Origin: an uncultured Actinomycetota bacterium
GTDB lineage: Bacteria > Actinomycetota > Actinomycetes > Propionibacteriales > Nocardioidaceae
Assembly (NCBI GenBank): GCA_963761285.1
Contig: CAVXGJ010000008.1
Location: 86,062-150,061, forward strand
Length of the DNA: 64,000 bases
Direction of reading: 5' to 3'
In this document: positions 1 to 9,268 of the stretch, in pieces
How positions within the stretch are numbered: the stretch's first letter is position 1
Layout: the number at the start of each line of letters is the position of its first letter
Position numbers and translations under genes: made by a program
The notes under the pieces: model-generated
The model's database searches: none
Told to the model about the DNA's origin: nothing
Seen by the model: the letters and a program-made list of their open reading frames with translations, nothing else

Positions 1-1389
1 GCGAGCGCGGCACCTGCCTTCGCCGCCAGTGGTCTGCCGTCGATCGTCGTGCTGTCGTCGCGGAGCGACTGCCGTCCCGGCGTCGGCTACGTCGCGGTCC
101 GTCTCGATCCCGATCCGCCGGTGGTGCCCAACCCGGTGGTGACCTACAGCGATCTCGGTGCGAGCACCGCTGGGTTCAGCCGCACCGGCACCGACGGTGC
201 GGCGGGCCTCTTCCAGCTCCACTTCACGACCACCACGCGCCCGGTGCCCGCGACGATCACCGCCACGATCAACGTCGCCGGCTACGGCTCGGACGTCGCC
301 GTCGTCACGATGAAGACCCCGGGCACGATCGACACGACGCTCGCCGACGGCCAGCTCACCAACGGCGGCTTCACCAGCGTGCAGGCGATCCTCGTCCAAC
401 CTGACGGGAAGATCGTGGTCGGCGGCAACTTCACCAGCGCCCGCGGCGTGGCCCGTCGACGCCTGGCCCGCCTCAACGCCGACGGCACGCTCGACACGAC
501 CTTCGCCGACCCCGACCTGAACGGCGACTGCTACGCGCTGGCGATCCAGCCGGACGGCAAGATCCTCGCGGCGGGAGCCTTCACCCAGGTCGGCGGTGTC
601 GCGCGCGGTCGCCTGGCCCGGATCACCAGCACGGGCACCCTCGACACCGGGTTCGCCGACCCCGAGCTCGACGAGGCCGCTCACGCGATCGCGGTGCAAA
701 GTGATGGCAAGGTCCTCGTCGGCGGCAACTTCACCGCCGCCGGCGCCACCGCGCGGGCCTACGTGGCTCGCTTCGACGCCGCCGGAGCGCTCGACTCGTC
801 CTTCCAGGACCCGGCGTTGGACGCTCGGTGCTACGACGCAGTGCTCCAGTCGGACGGCAAGGTCGTCGTCTGCGGTGACTTCGCGGCGGTCGGTGGGGTG
901 ACCCGCACCCGCCTGGCGCGGCTGCTGCCGAGCGGGGCCCTGGACACCGCTTTCGTCGACCCCGTCCTCAGCGCGCGCGCCTATCGGGTCGCCCTCCAGC
1001 CGGACGGCAAGATCCTGGCGACGGGTGAGTTCACCTCGGTCGGCGGCGTCACGCGTGCCCACCTGGCCCGGCTCGACACCACGGGCAGCCTGGACACCGG
1101 GTTCCCCAACACGTTCCTGGGCGCCCGCGGGCGCTCGGTCATGGTGCAGCCCGACGGGGCGATCGTCGTCACCGGCGACTTCGCGGCCGTCGCGGGCGTG
1201 TCCCAGCGACGTCTCGCTCGCTTCAGTACGGCGGGCGTCATCGATCCGTGCTTCGACGACTCGGCGATCACCGCTCCGTGTCTCGACGCCGCGCTCCAGA
1301 GCGACGGCAAGATCGTCGTGTGCGGCGAGTTCGTCCAGGCCGGCGAGGGCAGCACTGCTCGCGGACGGGTCGCACGCTTCCACGGCTAG
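1..1389 (+). CDS. Delta-60 repeat (beta-propeller-like) secreted/surface protein, 5' end outside window
   Basis: Frame is open from base 1. About six repeats of LxxxGxLDxxF..D...AxQxDGKIxxxGxFxxxxGxxRxRLAR. Confidence 0.8.
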   Translation, partial: ASAAPAFAASGLPSIVVLSSRSDCRPGVGYVAVRLDPDPPVVPNPVVTYSDLGASTAGFSRTGTDGAAGLFQLHFTTTTRPVPATITATINVAGYGSDVAVVTMKTPGTIDTTLADGQLTNGGFTSVQAILVQPDGKIVVGGNFTSARGVARRRLARLNADGTLDTTFADPDLNGDCYALAIQPDGKILAAGAFTQVGGVARGRLARITSTGTLDTGFADPELDEAAHAIAVQSDGKVLVGGNFTAAGATARAYVARFDAAGALDSSFQDPALDARCYDAVLQSDGKVVVCGDFAAVGGVTRTRLARLLPSGALDTAFVDPVLSARAYRVALQPDGKILATGEFTSVGGVTRAHLARLDTTGSLDTGFPNTFLGARGRSVMVQPDGAIVVTGDFAAVAGVSQRRLARFSTAGVIDPCFDDSAITAPCLDAALQSDGKIVVCGEFVQAGEGSTARGRVARFHG

Positions 1390-1416
1390 GCACCAGGCCC
1401 GAGCCGGTCACTGCCT

Positions 1417-1614
1417 TCATGATCGCTCGACCCTCAGCGCCAGGCGGGGGCACGCGCGCGCTGCGGCACGAGCCTCGGACAGGCGGACGTCGTCGACTTC
1501 GCCGACGACGAGCGGGTAGCCCCACTCGTCGAGGTCGATGATCTCGGGCAGCAGCTCATGGCACAGTCCGTGCGCTTCGCACGCGGGCCAGTCGATCCGG
1601 ATCCGGTGGGTCAT
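1417..1614 (-). CDS. Small ferredoxin (3Fe-4S type)
   Basis: IDWPACEAHGLC...CPRLAL; ATGA overlap with the upstream gene. Confidence 0.85.
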   Translation of the reverse strand: MTHRIRIDWPACEAHGLCHELLPEIIDLDEWGYPLVVGEVDDVRLSEARAAARACPRLALRVERS

Positions 1615-2870
1615 GACGCACCCACTCGAGCTGCGATGCATGATCCGGCGGCATGAGCAGCCAGCTCGTCGGCAAGCGCGACCAGGGCCGAGCGGACCAG
1701 TCGGCTGGTGCCATCAGGGTGCGCGCAGGCGCCGCGCCGTTCGACCAGACCCACCAGCTCCTCGGCTCGTCGCCGAGCGATCAGGTCGCCGTCGACCAGG
1801 CCACGGACGGCGTGGGCCAACGCCGGCAGCCCGTTGAAGCAGGGACCGCAGCGCCCCGCGCTGCTGGCGGCGAGATGCGCCACGATCTCCGCAGTCAGCT
1901 CCAACGGGCAGCCTCCGGGGCCGGGGGCGTGCACCACCCCGGCGCCGAGGGTCGAGCCGAGGGCGCGCAGTCCGGGCACGGAGATCGGGGCGTGCCGCAG
2001 CTGCTCGGGAGTCAGCCAGGTGCCGTGGAAGCCGCCGACGAGCACCGGGTGGTCTGCCTGACCGTCGCGCAGCACGCGCCGCAGCGGGGTGCCGAAGGCC
2101 ACTTCGTGCACCTGGGGCCGTTGCCCCGGAGCGCTGAGGGTCAGCAGGGTGGTGCCCGGCTCGTCGGTCGTGCCCAGACCGTCGTACGCCGCCGGGCCGC
2201 GGAGCGCGAGCAGGCCGACGTGGGCCCAGGTCTCGGCGTTGGAGAGCAGGGTGGGTCGACCGTTGAGGCCGGCCACGGCGTCGGGTTGCCACGCGGTCAC
2301 GGGGAGCCCGGGACGTCCTGACAGCAGCTCGAGGACGGCTTTGGACTGCCCCGCCACGAAGCGGGCCTCGGCCGTGACGACGTGCCATCGCAGGCGGGAG
2401 CCGGGCTCGGATCCGCGCTCCGCGATCGCGCGGGTCATCGCGTGCTGGGCTCGAGGACGGTCTCCAGGAAGGACCACGTGGAGGTCGCGCGCGCCGATGG
2501 CCAGCGCCGCTGCCTGCGCGCCGTCGAGCACCAGGTGCGGAGACACCATCAGCAGCGCGGCGTCCTTCGCGCTGGCGGGCTCACCCTCGGCGGCGTTGAC
2601 GACCACGACCGGACGACGTCGTCCCGAGATGCCGCGACCCTGCGCGACCACCGTCTCCAACTTGGTGGCGAAGGGGAAGGCGGCCCCGCCCCGCCCGCGA
2701 ACTTCTGCGGCCCCGACGACGCGGGTGAGCTGATCGAGACCCGCGTCGAGCAGCGCTCCGTGACGCCGGCGGTGTGCCGCGAGGCCTGGACCGTCGACCA
2801 GGCCTGCGAGCAGCGCCGGCCCGGGGCGGATGTCGAGATCATCGGTGGGCTGGACGGGGGAGAGGGTCAT
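1611..2870 (-). CDS. NuoF-like NADH:flavin/Fe-S oxidoreductase
   Basis: GRGGAAFP, VVVNAAEGEPASAKD, SNAETW and the 4Fe-4S motif SAGRCGPCFNG...CAHPDG; start at MTLSPVQ from ATGA overlap. Confidence 0.85.
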   Translation of the reverse strand: MTLSPVQPTDDLDIRPGPALLAGLVDGPGLAAHRRRHGALLDAGLDQLTRVVGAAEVRGRGGAAFPFATKLETVVAQGRGISGRRRPVVVVNAAEGEPASAKDAALLMVSPHLVLDGAQAAALAIGARDLHVVLPGDRPRAQHAMTRAIAERGSEPGSRLRWHVVTAEARFVAGQSKAVLELLSGRPGLPVTAWQPDAVAGLNGRPTLLSNAETWAHVGLLALRGPAAYDGLGTTDEPGTTLLTLSAPGQRPQVHEVAFGTPLRRVLRDGQADHPVLVGGFHGTWLTPEQLRHAPISVPGLRALGSTLGAGVVHAPGPGGCPLELTAEIVAHLAASSAGRCGPCFNGLPALAHAVRGLVDGDLIARRRAEELVGLVERRGACAHPDGTSRLVRSALVALADELAAHAAGSCIAARVGAS

Positions 2871-3475
2871 CTGGTGCTCCGCTGCAAGAGTGCGACCGGC
2901 TCGCGCCGACCACGGAGGAGGCGATAGCCGAGAGCAGCCGCCACGACGCCGATCGAGGCCAGGGTCGGCACGGTGGCCCAGGTTGCCCAGGTGCTCGGTT
3001 GACGCAGATCGGTGCCGATGCCGATGCCGTGGACGACCCCGCTCAGCCAAGCGCCCCAGGAGGCGTAGTGGACGGTGCGCCAGGTCCGCTGCCCGAGACG
3101 GCCGCGCAGCATGGTCGTGATCACGACGACGAGGACGAGATCGAGCGAGACCGCGCCCAGGCCCAGCCAGAGGGGCTCGTACGTAGCGCCGAACGGCACG
3201 ATCGCTTGCCACCAGCGGATGTCCACATAGGTGTCGACCACGGCGGTGAGGACGTGGACGACGAGCGCCACGATCGAGAGCAGTGCGAGGTTGCGGTGCA
3301 GCTTCTGGGACACGAAGCGAGGTAGCCGGGAGCCGCCCTTGCCGCCGACGCGCCCGCCCAGGGCCAGGACGCCCAGGGCCGTGCTGGCGCTGAGGAGGAC
3401 CATCAGCGTGATACCGGTGCCGCGGTTGAGGAACCACAGAAGCGGGCCGTCGAGGACCGCGCCGGTGGCGGTCAC
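2867..3475 (-). CDS. Ferric reductase-like transmembrane (haem b) protein
   Basis: Multiple TM helices with LHRNL, VHVL, WRTVHYASW and HGIGIGTD His motifs. Confidence 0.85.
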   Translation of the reverse strand: MTATGAVLDGPLLWFLNRGTGITLMVLLSASTALGVLALGGRVGGKGGSRLPRFVSQKLHRNLALLSIVALVVHVLTAVVDTYVDIRWWQAIVPFGATYEPLWLGLGAVSLDLVLVVVITTMLRGRLGQRTWRTVHYASWGAWLSGVVHGIGIGTDLRQPSTWATWATVPTLASIGVVAAALGYRLLRGRREPVALLQRSTR

Positions 3476-4422
3476 CGCCCGGCACCGTCAGGAGCGGATG
3501 CGGGCCACGAGCCGACGGTGCTGACCTCGCCGTCGCGAGCGACCAGGCGGGCGGCCAGGCCAGGCATGGTGCGGGCCGCGAGCCAGTCAAGAGCGTCGTG
3601 ACCGAGCACGACCGCTGCGGTGCTGGCGGTGTTGGCCGCCACGCAGGAGGGGGCAGCGACAGTGACCGTGCGCCAGACCTCCCGTGAGGGCTCGCCGGTG
3701 CGGGGGTCGAGCAGGTGGTGACGGTGGTGTCCTCCCCGGGTCCAACGGCGGACCCGGGTGCTGGAGGTGGCCAGCGCGCCACCCCGCAGCTCCACCTGCT
3801 GGGCGAGCGGACCGTCGGGCTGCTCGGAGATGTCGACCAGCCAGGCCGCGTCGCCGACCGTGGCCAGGTCGCCGCCGACGCTCACGACGGCGCCGTGGTC
3901 GAGGTGCTCCTGCAGCGCGGTGGCAGCCAGGTCGGCGCACCAGGCCTTGCCGGTCGCTCCCAGGTCCAGGGCGGTCCCTGCAGGGATCCGAAGGGCGCCG
4001 CCGGGGTCGAGGTCGATCTCCCGCCATGACGACCGACTGGGCGGGGCCGTCTCGAGGACGCCGCCTGAGGGCAGAGCCACGAGGGCTCCGAAGTCCCGGT
4101 CGTAGCCGAGCTCGACCAGCGCCTGACCCAGGAGCGGGTGCACGAGACCGTCGGTGTCGGCAGCAGCGGTGCAGGCGACCATCACCGCACGCACCAGGAG
4201 GGGGTCGACCTCGACCCACGTGCCGGCCATGGCGTTGACGCGGCTGAGGTCCGAGTCGGTCCGGAATCTGCTGGCGACGTCGTCGACGTCGCGCAGGACC
4301 TGTTCGGTGAGGCCTCGGGCCATGTCGAGCTCAGCCGCCTCCTCGACGCCGACATGCACGAGGCACCCGAGCGCCTCGAAGCGAACGGCGTCGCGCGATC
4401 GCGCCGACGGCTCCGTGAACAC
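3472..4422 (-). CDS. apbE: FAD:protein FMN transferase (ApbE family)
   Basis: SRFRTDSDLSRVN, LDLGATGKAWCAD, SVGGDL, ALATSS, HHLLDPRTG, ANTASTAA. Confidence 0.9.
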   Translation of the reverse strand: MFTEPSARSRDAVRFEALGCLVHVGVEEAAELDMARGLTEQVLRDVDDVASRFRTDSDLSRVNAMAGTWVEVDPLLVRAVMVACTAAADTDGLVHPLLGQALVELGYDRDFGALVALPSGGVLETAPPSRSSWREIDLDPGGALRIPAGTALDLGATGKAWCADLAATALQEHLDHGAVVSVGGDLATVGDAAWLVDISEQPDGPLAQQVELRGGALATSSTRVRRWTRGGHHRHHLLDPRTGEPSREVWRTVTVAAPSCVAANTASTAAVVLGHDALDWLAARTMPGLAARLVARDGEVSTVGSWPASAPDGAGR

Positions 4423-4423
4423 G

Positions 4424-4937
4424 TCAGGAACCGCTCGAAGGGGCCGGCTGCGGGGCCGGTTGCGGGGCCGGTTGCGGCGCGGGTGGGGGCGGGTTGGGGT
4501 GCGGGTTGGGGTGCGGGCTGGGCGGGTTGCCGGACCGGGGCCGGCTGGACCGGTGGTCGGGACGGCGCGCTCACGCTCGGCGTGGAGGTCGGGGCGCTCG
4601 ACCCGGCCGCCGCGGCTCCGGTGATGTAGCGAGTGGTCGTGCGGGTCTCTGTCGGGCGCTGCTTGAGCCTGGTTCCAGTCGCCTTCCTGGTCTTCCTACC
4701 CGGGGCCGTCTTGACCTGCGTCGAGAGTCGTGGGTCGACCGCTGTGCCGGCGTCCGCCTCCTGGTCCGCGCCAGAGATGACCTGCACCTCCGCCTGCTGA
4801 TCCTGCTGCACCGCCAAGGCCCGCGCCGCGTTGCCGGCCATCAGTCCGGTCGCCGCCACTGAGCTCGCCGCCACGATGCCCGTCGTGGCCGCGACAGCGA
4901 GGCGGTAACGGTCTCGGGTGCTGGAGGTGTAGGTCAT
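4424..4937 (-). CDS. Membrane-anchored Pro/Ala-rich protein, first gene of the apbE operon (one frameshift near 4470)
   Basis: N-terminal hydrophobic helix and PAPQ repeats. An alternative frame ends PAPQPAPSSGS-TGA 1 nt before the apbE GTG. Confidence 0.65.
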
Positions 4938-5018
4938 GACCGGAGCCTGACGGGACCGACGCCATGAGCACCTCAGGAGCGGGTCAAGCCCACGTCAAAA
5001 AAGTTCTTGACCTCGAAT

Positions 5019-5046
5019 TGAGGTTCTCACGAGGTGCGGCTGAGGT
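5019..5046 (+). promoter_or_regulatory. Three YGAGGT direct repeats at 11-bp period, candidate OmpR-family binding site
   Basis: TGAGGT 5019, CGAGGT 5030, TGAGGT 5041; reverse copies at 5010 and 4970; lies in a divergent promoter region. Confidence 0.55.
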
Positions 5047-5068
5047 GCCGGGGGCCAGGGTGTCGACC

Positions 5069-5704
5069 ATGCCCCGACCCCACAGGTTGTCCTTCGTCCG
5101 CCGCACGGCCTGGCTCACCGCCGGGATCGCGACCACCTCGCTCGCTGTAGGCCTGGTCGGTGCGACCATCGCCTATCGCGCTGCCGTGGGTCCGCCGGTC
5201 AGCGCCACCAGGTCGACAGCATCGCTGCCGCTCGCGGACGCTGCCGCAACACCGGTGGCGAGCCAGTCGCCCGCTGCGACGACCCGACGCCAGGACGTAC
5301 GAGCCCGAGCCAAGGTCCGGTGGGCGCCTTGCGCACCGACCGCGGTGCTGGAGAAGGGGGTCTGTGTCACCGACGTCGTGCGCACCGTCGTCCTGCCACC
5401 TACGCCCTCGTCCGTGCCCTCGTCCGTGCCCCCGGTTGCGCAGCCGGTGGTGCAGGCGCCGGCTCCGTCGACCCCCGCGGCTCCTTCCCCGCCGCCTGTG
5501 CGCCACGACAGCCCGGCGGCCTCGACCGGTCAGGCCGGCGATCACGGCGACGATCACGGAGATGACCGCGGCGACGACCACGACGACGACCAGGACGACG
5601 ACCAGGACGACGACCAGGACGACGACCACGGGGATGACGACGAGGATGACGACGGGGACGACGACCACGGGGATGACGACGAGGATGACGACGAGGACGA
5701 CTGA
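5069..5704 (+). CDS. Membrane-anchored protein with His/Asp-rich C-terminal tail
   Basis: N-terminal TM, Cys pair (CAPT...GVCV), Pro-rich linker, tail DHGDDHGDDRGDDHDDDQ...EDD. Confidence 0.7.
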   Translation: MPRPHRLSFVRRTAWLTAGIATTSLAVGLVGATIAYRAAVGPPVSATRSTASLPLADAAATPVASQSPAATTRRQDVRARAKVRWAPCAPTAVLEKGVCVTDVVRTVVLPPTPSSVPSSVPPVAQPVVQAPAPSTPAAPSPPPVRHDSPAASTGQAGDHGDDHGDDRGDDHDDDQDDDQDDDQDDDHGDDDEDDDGDDDHGDDDEDDDEDD

Positions 5705-5705
5705 G

Positions 5706-7022
5706 TCAGGCCTCCGCGACCGGCAAGGTCACCTGCACCCGCGCACCGCCCTGGCTCGGGGAGTCCCGCTCCAGCCGGCCGCCGGCCGCGGTCGCCGTAC
5801 GCGATGCGATGTCGAGCCCGAGACCGGTGCTGCCGGGCCGGTGGTGCTCGACCGTCGCTCGGTCGGGGAAGCCGGGGCCTTCGTCGGCGACGACGAGGAC
5901 GGCGACATGGGGTTCCGTGCGCAGCTCGATGGAGAGGGCAGTGCCTTCGGTGGTGTGGGCGAAGACGTTGTCGATCAAGATGTCGACGAGGTCGCGCAGG
6001 TCGTCGTCGGCCAACGACACGGTCAACGGTCCGGCGGCCAGGCTCGTGCTCAAGGTGCGGCCCTGGTCCTCCGCGAGTGGGCGCCAGAAGTCCAACCGTG
6101 CAGTGACTCCTGCCGCCAGGTCGCTGGAGGCCGCGAGGTCGGTTCGCACCGGCCGGCGAGCCTCGCGCACGATGGCATCGATGGTCCGCTGGAGGACGGC
6201 GATGTGCTCGCCCAGTCGCTGCGCAAGCATCGGGTCGCTCACTGCTTCGGCGTCCAGGCGGAGCGCCGTGACCGGTGTCCGCAAGCGGTGCGACAGGTCC
6301 CCGACGGCTGCCCGTTCGCTGATGAGAAGCTCGGAGGTGCGCTCGGCCAAGCCGTTGAGGGCGCGAGCCAGCTCCTGGGTCTCTGCGGTGCCCACCACCG
6401 GGGCCCGTGCCGCGAGGTCACCTTCCCGGAGCCGGTGGGCGGTCTCGGAGACACCTCGCAAGGGGTCGCTGATCCGCTTGCCGAGTCGCAGGGCGACGAC
6501 GGTGGCCAGCGTCATGAGGAGCAGCCCCAGACCGATGATGCCGATCCACGCCGCCGTCACGCCTGCTCGCAGCTCATCACCGTCGACGGTGCTGCGGACC
6601 ACCGCGGTGCCGTCGTTGACGATGACGGGCAGCAGGACCCTCCCGCTGCCGCCGGTGACGCTCCGGAAGGCTTCGCCGTCGAGGGCGCGAGCGACGTCGG
6701 GATCAGTGGACATGTCCGGGCCGCCGCCGATCTGTGCCCCATCGGGGGTCAGGACCGAGGTGGTCGGCTCCTGCTCGACCGAGATCCCGGCGAGCAGCTC
6801 CGCCAGCTGGTCATCGTTGCTGACGCCGGAGACCAGGATCGCGACGTTGCGAGCCTCCTGATCGGCCGTGGCCATGGCCCGGTCCTCCGCCAGCGTCCGG
6901 ACCAACAGGCACAGCGGGATCACGAATGAGACCACCACGCTCGACGTCGTTGCCACGACCAGCCAGGAGATCCGGTGGCGCATCATGCCTGGCCCTCGAC
7001 CGGCCCGCCACGGTCGAGTCAT
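5706..7022 (-). CDS. Sensor histidine kinase (2 TM, HAMP, HisKA, HATPase)
   Basis: DLSHRLRTPVTALRL H-box, DILIDNVFAH, VADEGPGF, GLGLDI; ATGA overlap with the regulator stop. Confidence 0.92.
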   Translation of the reverse strand: MTRPWRAGRGPGMMRHRISWLVVATTSSVVVSFVIPLCLLVRTLAEDRAMATADQEARNVAILVSGVSNDDQLAELLAGISVEQEPTTSVLTPDGAQIGGGPDMSTDPDVARALDGEAFRSVTGGSGRVLLPVIVNDGTAVVRSTVDGDELRAGVTAAWIGIIGLGLLLMTLATVVALRLGKRISDPLRGVSETAHRLREGDLAARAPVVGTAETQELARALNGLAERTSELLISERAAVGDLSHRLRTPVTALRLDAEAVSDPMLAQRLGEHIAVLQRTIDAIVREARRPVRTDLAASSDLAAGVTARLDFWRPLAEDQGRTLSTSLAAGPLTVSLADDDLRDLVDILIDNVFAHTTEGTALSIELRTEPHVAVLVVADEGPGFPDRATVEHHRPGSTGLGLDIASRTATAAGGRLERDSPSQGGARVQVTLPVAEA

Positions 7023-7708
7023 GTCGGGTCCACGAGCCGCACGCCGACGCCGCGCACGCTCACCAGGTAGCACGGGTTCGCGGCCGTCTCGCCGAGCTTG
7101 CGGCGCAGCCACGACAGATGTACGTCGACGGTGCGGTCCGAGCCGCCGTACGCCTGCTGCCAGACCTCGGCCAGGAGCTCGTTCTTGGTCACGACCTCGC
7201 CGGCCCGCGTCGCCAGGAGGTAGAGCAGGTCGAACTCCTTGCGGGACAGCTCCAAGGGCTCGCCGCGCAGAGTCGCCTCGCGGGTGCGCTCGTCGATCGA
7301 CAGCTCTCCCACCCGCACGGGCGGCACCGGCTCGACGTCCCGACCCGGGCCGCCGCGGCGCAGCACCGCACGGATGCGGGCGGCGACCTGGTCGGTGCCG
7401 AAGGGCTTGACCACGTAGTCGTCGGCACCGTTGTCGAGCGCCGAGATCATCGTCGGGTCGTCGTCCTGGGCGGTGATCACGATGATCGGCACCTGGCTGG
7501 CGGCGCGGACCATGGAGATCAAGGTGAGCCCGCCGATGTCGGGAAGGCCGAGGTCCAGCAGCATCACGTCGGGGTGGTTCGCGAGCACCTGCTCGAGCCC
7601 GGCCAGCCCGGTGCTGACGGAGGCCACCGCGAAGCCACGCTCGCTCAGCCCACGATGGACGGCGCCACGGATCGCCGCATCGTCCTCCACCAGCAGGATG
7701 CTCGCCAC
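7019..7708 (-). CDS. OmpR-family response regulator
   Basis: ILLVEDD, LLDLGLPD, GADDYVVKPF, winged helix RTVDVHLSWLRRKLG. Confidence 0.95.
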   Translation of the reverse strand: MASILLVEDDAAIRGAVHRGLSERGFAVASVSTGLAGLEQVLANHPDVMLLDLGLPDIGGLTLISMVRAASQVPIIVITAQDDDPTMISALDNGADDYVVKPFGTDQVAARIRAVLRRGGPGRDVEPVPPVRVGELSIDERTREATLRGEPLELSRKEFDLLYLLATRAGEVVTKNELLAEVWQQAYGGSDRTVDVHLSWLRRKLGETAANPCYLVSVRGVGVRLVDPT

Positions 7709-7763
7709 GTCTCGACCTTAGCCATCGCGCGACGACGCTTGGCCGAGGTAGGAGAATGAAGAC

Positions 7764-8450
7764 ATGCTGAGTGGTTACCGACCGGTGGTGCTCGGCCTCG
7801 TCGCCTGGCTCGCCGTGGTGCTGGTGGCGTCAGGGTTGGTCTGGACGGTGATCTCGCGCGCCGGCGCCGACGTGATCGCCGGCGGCACGTCGCTGCCGCC
7901 CCACGCGACCGGTGCGGTGGGGCCGGCAGAGGTGTCGCCGGCCACGCCGACCCGGAGCGGTGCGCGAGACCGCAGTCGGGATCGCGACCAGCAGCCCGGC
8001 TCGACATCGCCCCCCTCGACCACGGCGACCGCGCCCGACTCGAGCTCGCCACCGTCGAGTGCGCCCACCCCGCTCCCGCAGCCCTCGAGCACGGCTGGGC
8101 CAAGTGCATCGGCAACGTCGCCGAGCAAGACCCCGGCGGCGACGCCCACACAAGCGCCGTCTGGCGCGTCGAACCCACCGTCCTCGTCCTCGTCCTCGTC
8201 GAAGAGTCAGCAGCGCACCTGGTCGGGAGCAGCCGGGGTGGTGACTGCCGAGTGCCGGGGATCGGCGATCTCGCTGGTGGGGGTCAACCCGTCGGCCGAC
8301 GGCTACGCCGTCGAGGTGAACAACCGCGGGCCGGAGGAGCTCGAGATCCACTTCGAGGGCCGAGGAGACGAGGACGGCAAGGAGACCGAGCTCCGGGCCG
8401 AGTGTCGGGGCGGTGTGCCGGCCTTCGATGTCTCCGTGGGCGACGACTGA
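7764..8450 (+). CDS. Membrane-anchored protein with Ser/Pro/Thr linker and small Cys-pair C-terminal domain, divergent from the two-component system
   Basis: TM helix, low-complexity linker, domain VTAECRG...GYAVEV...RAECRGG; RBS AGGAGA. Confidence 0.7.
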   Translation: MLSGYRPVVLGLVAWLAVVLVASGLVWTVISRAGADVIAGGTSLPPHATGAVGPAEVSPATPTRSGARDRSRDRDQQPGSTSPPSTTATAPDSSSPPSSAPTPLPQPSSTAGPSASATSPSKTPAATPTQAPSGASNPPSSSSSSSKSQQRTWSGAAGVVTAECRGSAISLVGVNPSADGYAVEVNNRGPEELEIHFEGRGDEDGKETELRAECRGGVPAFDVSVGDD

Positions 8451-8566
8451 CGGTGCACGGCTGGTGCGGGCACTCCCGTGAAGTAAAGAATGTGGCATCC
8501 GGGTCCTCGTGGTCGGAGTCTTCTCTAGCCTCGAGAAGGTCCTGTTCGTCCAGCGAAGGATCTGTC

Positions 8567-9241
8567 ATGACTCAGTCCACCTGGCGCGCGTTCGGCGCAG
8601 CCCTGCTCGCGATCTGTCTGCTCGGTACCGTCGGCTCGGTGTCCTACGCCGCCGGATCCAAGGTGGTCGCCCTCGGCACCGCCAACAAGTCGTCGAAGGC
8701 GACCACGCTGCAGACCAAGAAGGGCCCAGCGTTGGTCCTCAAGACGAAGAAGTCCTCACCGCCGCTGAAGGTGAACTCCAAGAAGCGCGTAGCCAAGCTC
8801 AACGCCGACCAGGTCGACGGACTGGACGCCGAGCAGCTCGCTCCCGCGACGACGACGTACACGTTCGGTGAAGCCGGCGATCGGGGCAACGCAGACACCT
8901 TCCTCGTCGAGAACTCAGGGACCGGGACCTACCGCATGGACGTCAACGCGTCGCTGGTGCCCGCAGGCCCCGCATCGAAGATCGGGTTCTGTGGTCTGGG
9001 GGTGTTCGAGGCCGGAGAACACAGGTACGTAGCCGGTTCGTCTGCGCCGATGGATGAGGCTGTGGGTTGGCGCGCCAACGTCAGTGCATCCAAGATCGTC
9101 ACGCTCGCGCCTGGCGAGCGGTTGTCCGTCAGTTGTCTGGTGGACCAGGGCACGTTCAGCTACTACGACGCCTACCCGCTGACGGTCTCGCTGACGCCGG
9201 TGCTCGAGGAGTCCTTCGCCACGTTGACCGAGTTCGATTAG
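8567..9241 (+). CDS. Secreted hypothetical protein
   Basis: Signal peptide ending SYA; Lys-rich segment and NADQVDGLDAEQL motif; RBS GAAGGA. Confidence 0.7.
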   Translation: MTQSTWRAFGAALLAICLLGTVGSVSYAAGSKVVALGTANKSSKATTLQTKKGPALVLKTKKSSPPLKVNSKKRVAKLNADQVDGLDAEQLAPATTTYTFGEAGDRGNADTFLVENSGTGTYRMDVNASLVPAGPASKIGFCGLGVFEAGEHRYVAGSSAPMDEAVGWRANVSASKIVTLAPGERLSVSCLVDQGTFSYYDAYPLTVSLTPVLEESFATLTEFD

Positions 9242-9268
9242 CAGCACCGAGGCGCGCCGTGCAGGGGG

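Noticed and set aside
1611-2870. Part of a complex I (nuo) operon
   Set aside because: No nuoE, nuoG or membrane-arm genes adjoin; it is a stand-alone NuoF-like protein.
1611-3782. 723-aa N-terminally extended NuoF-like ORF
   Set aside because: The extension overlaps the ferric-reductase and apbE genes in another frame; an ATGA overlap supports a start at 2870.
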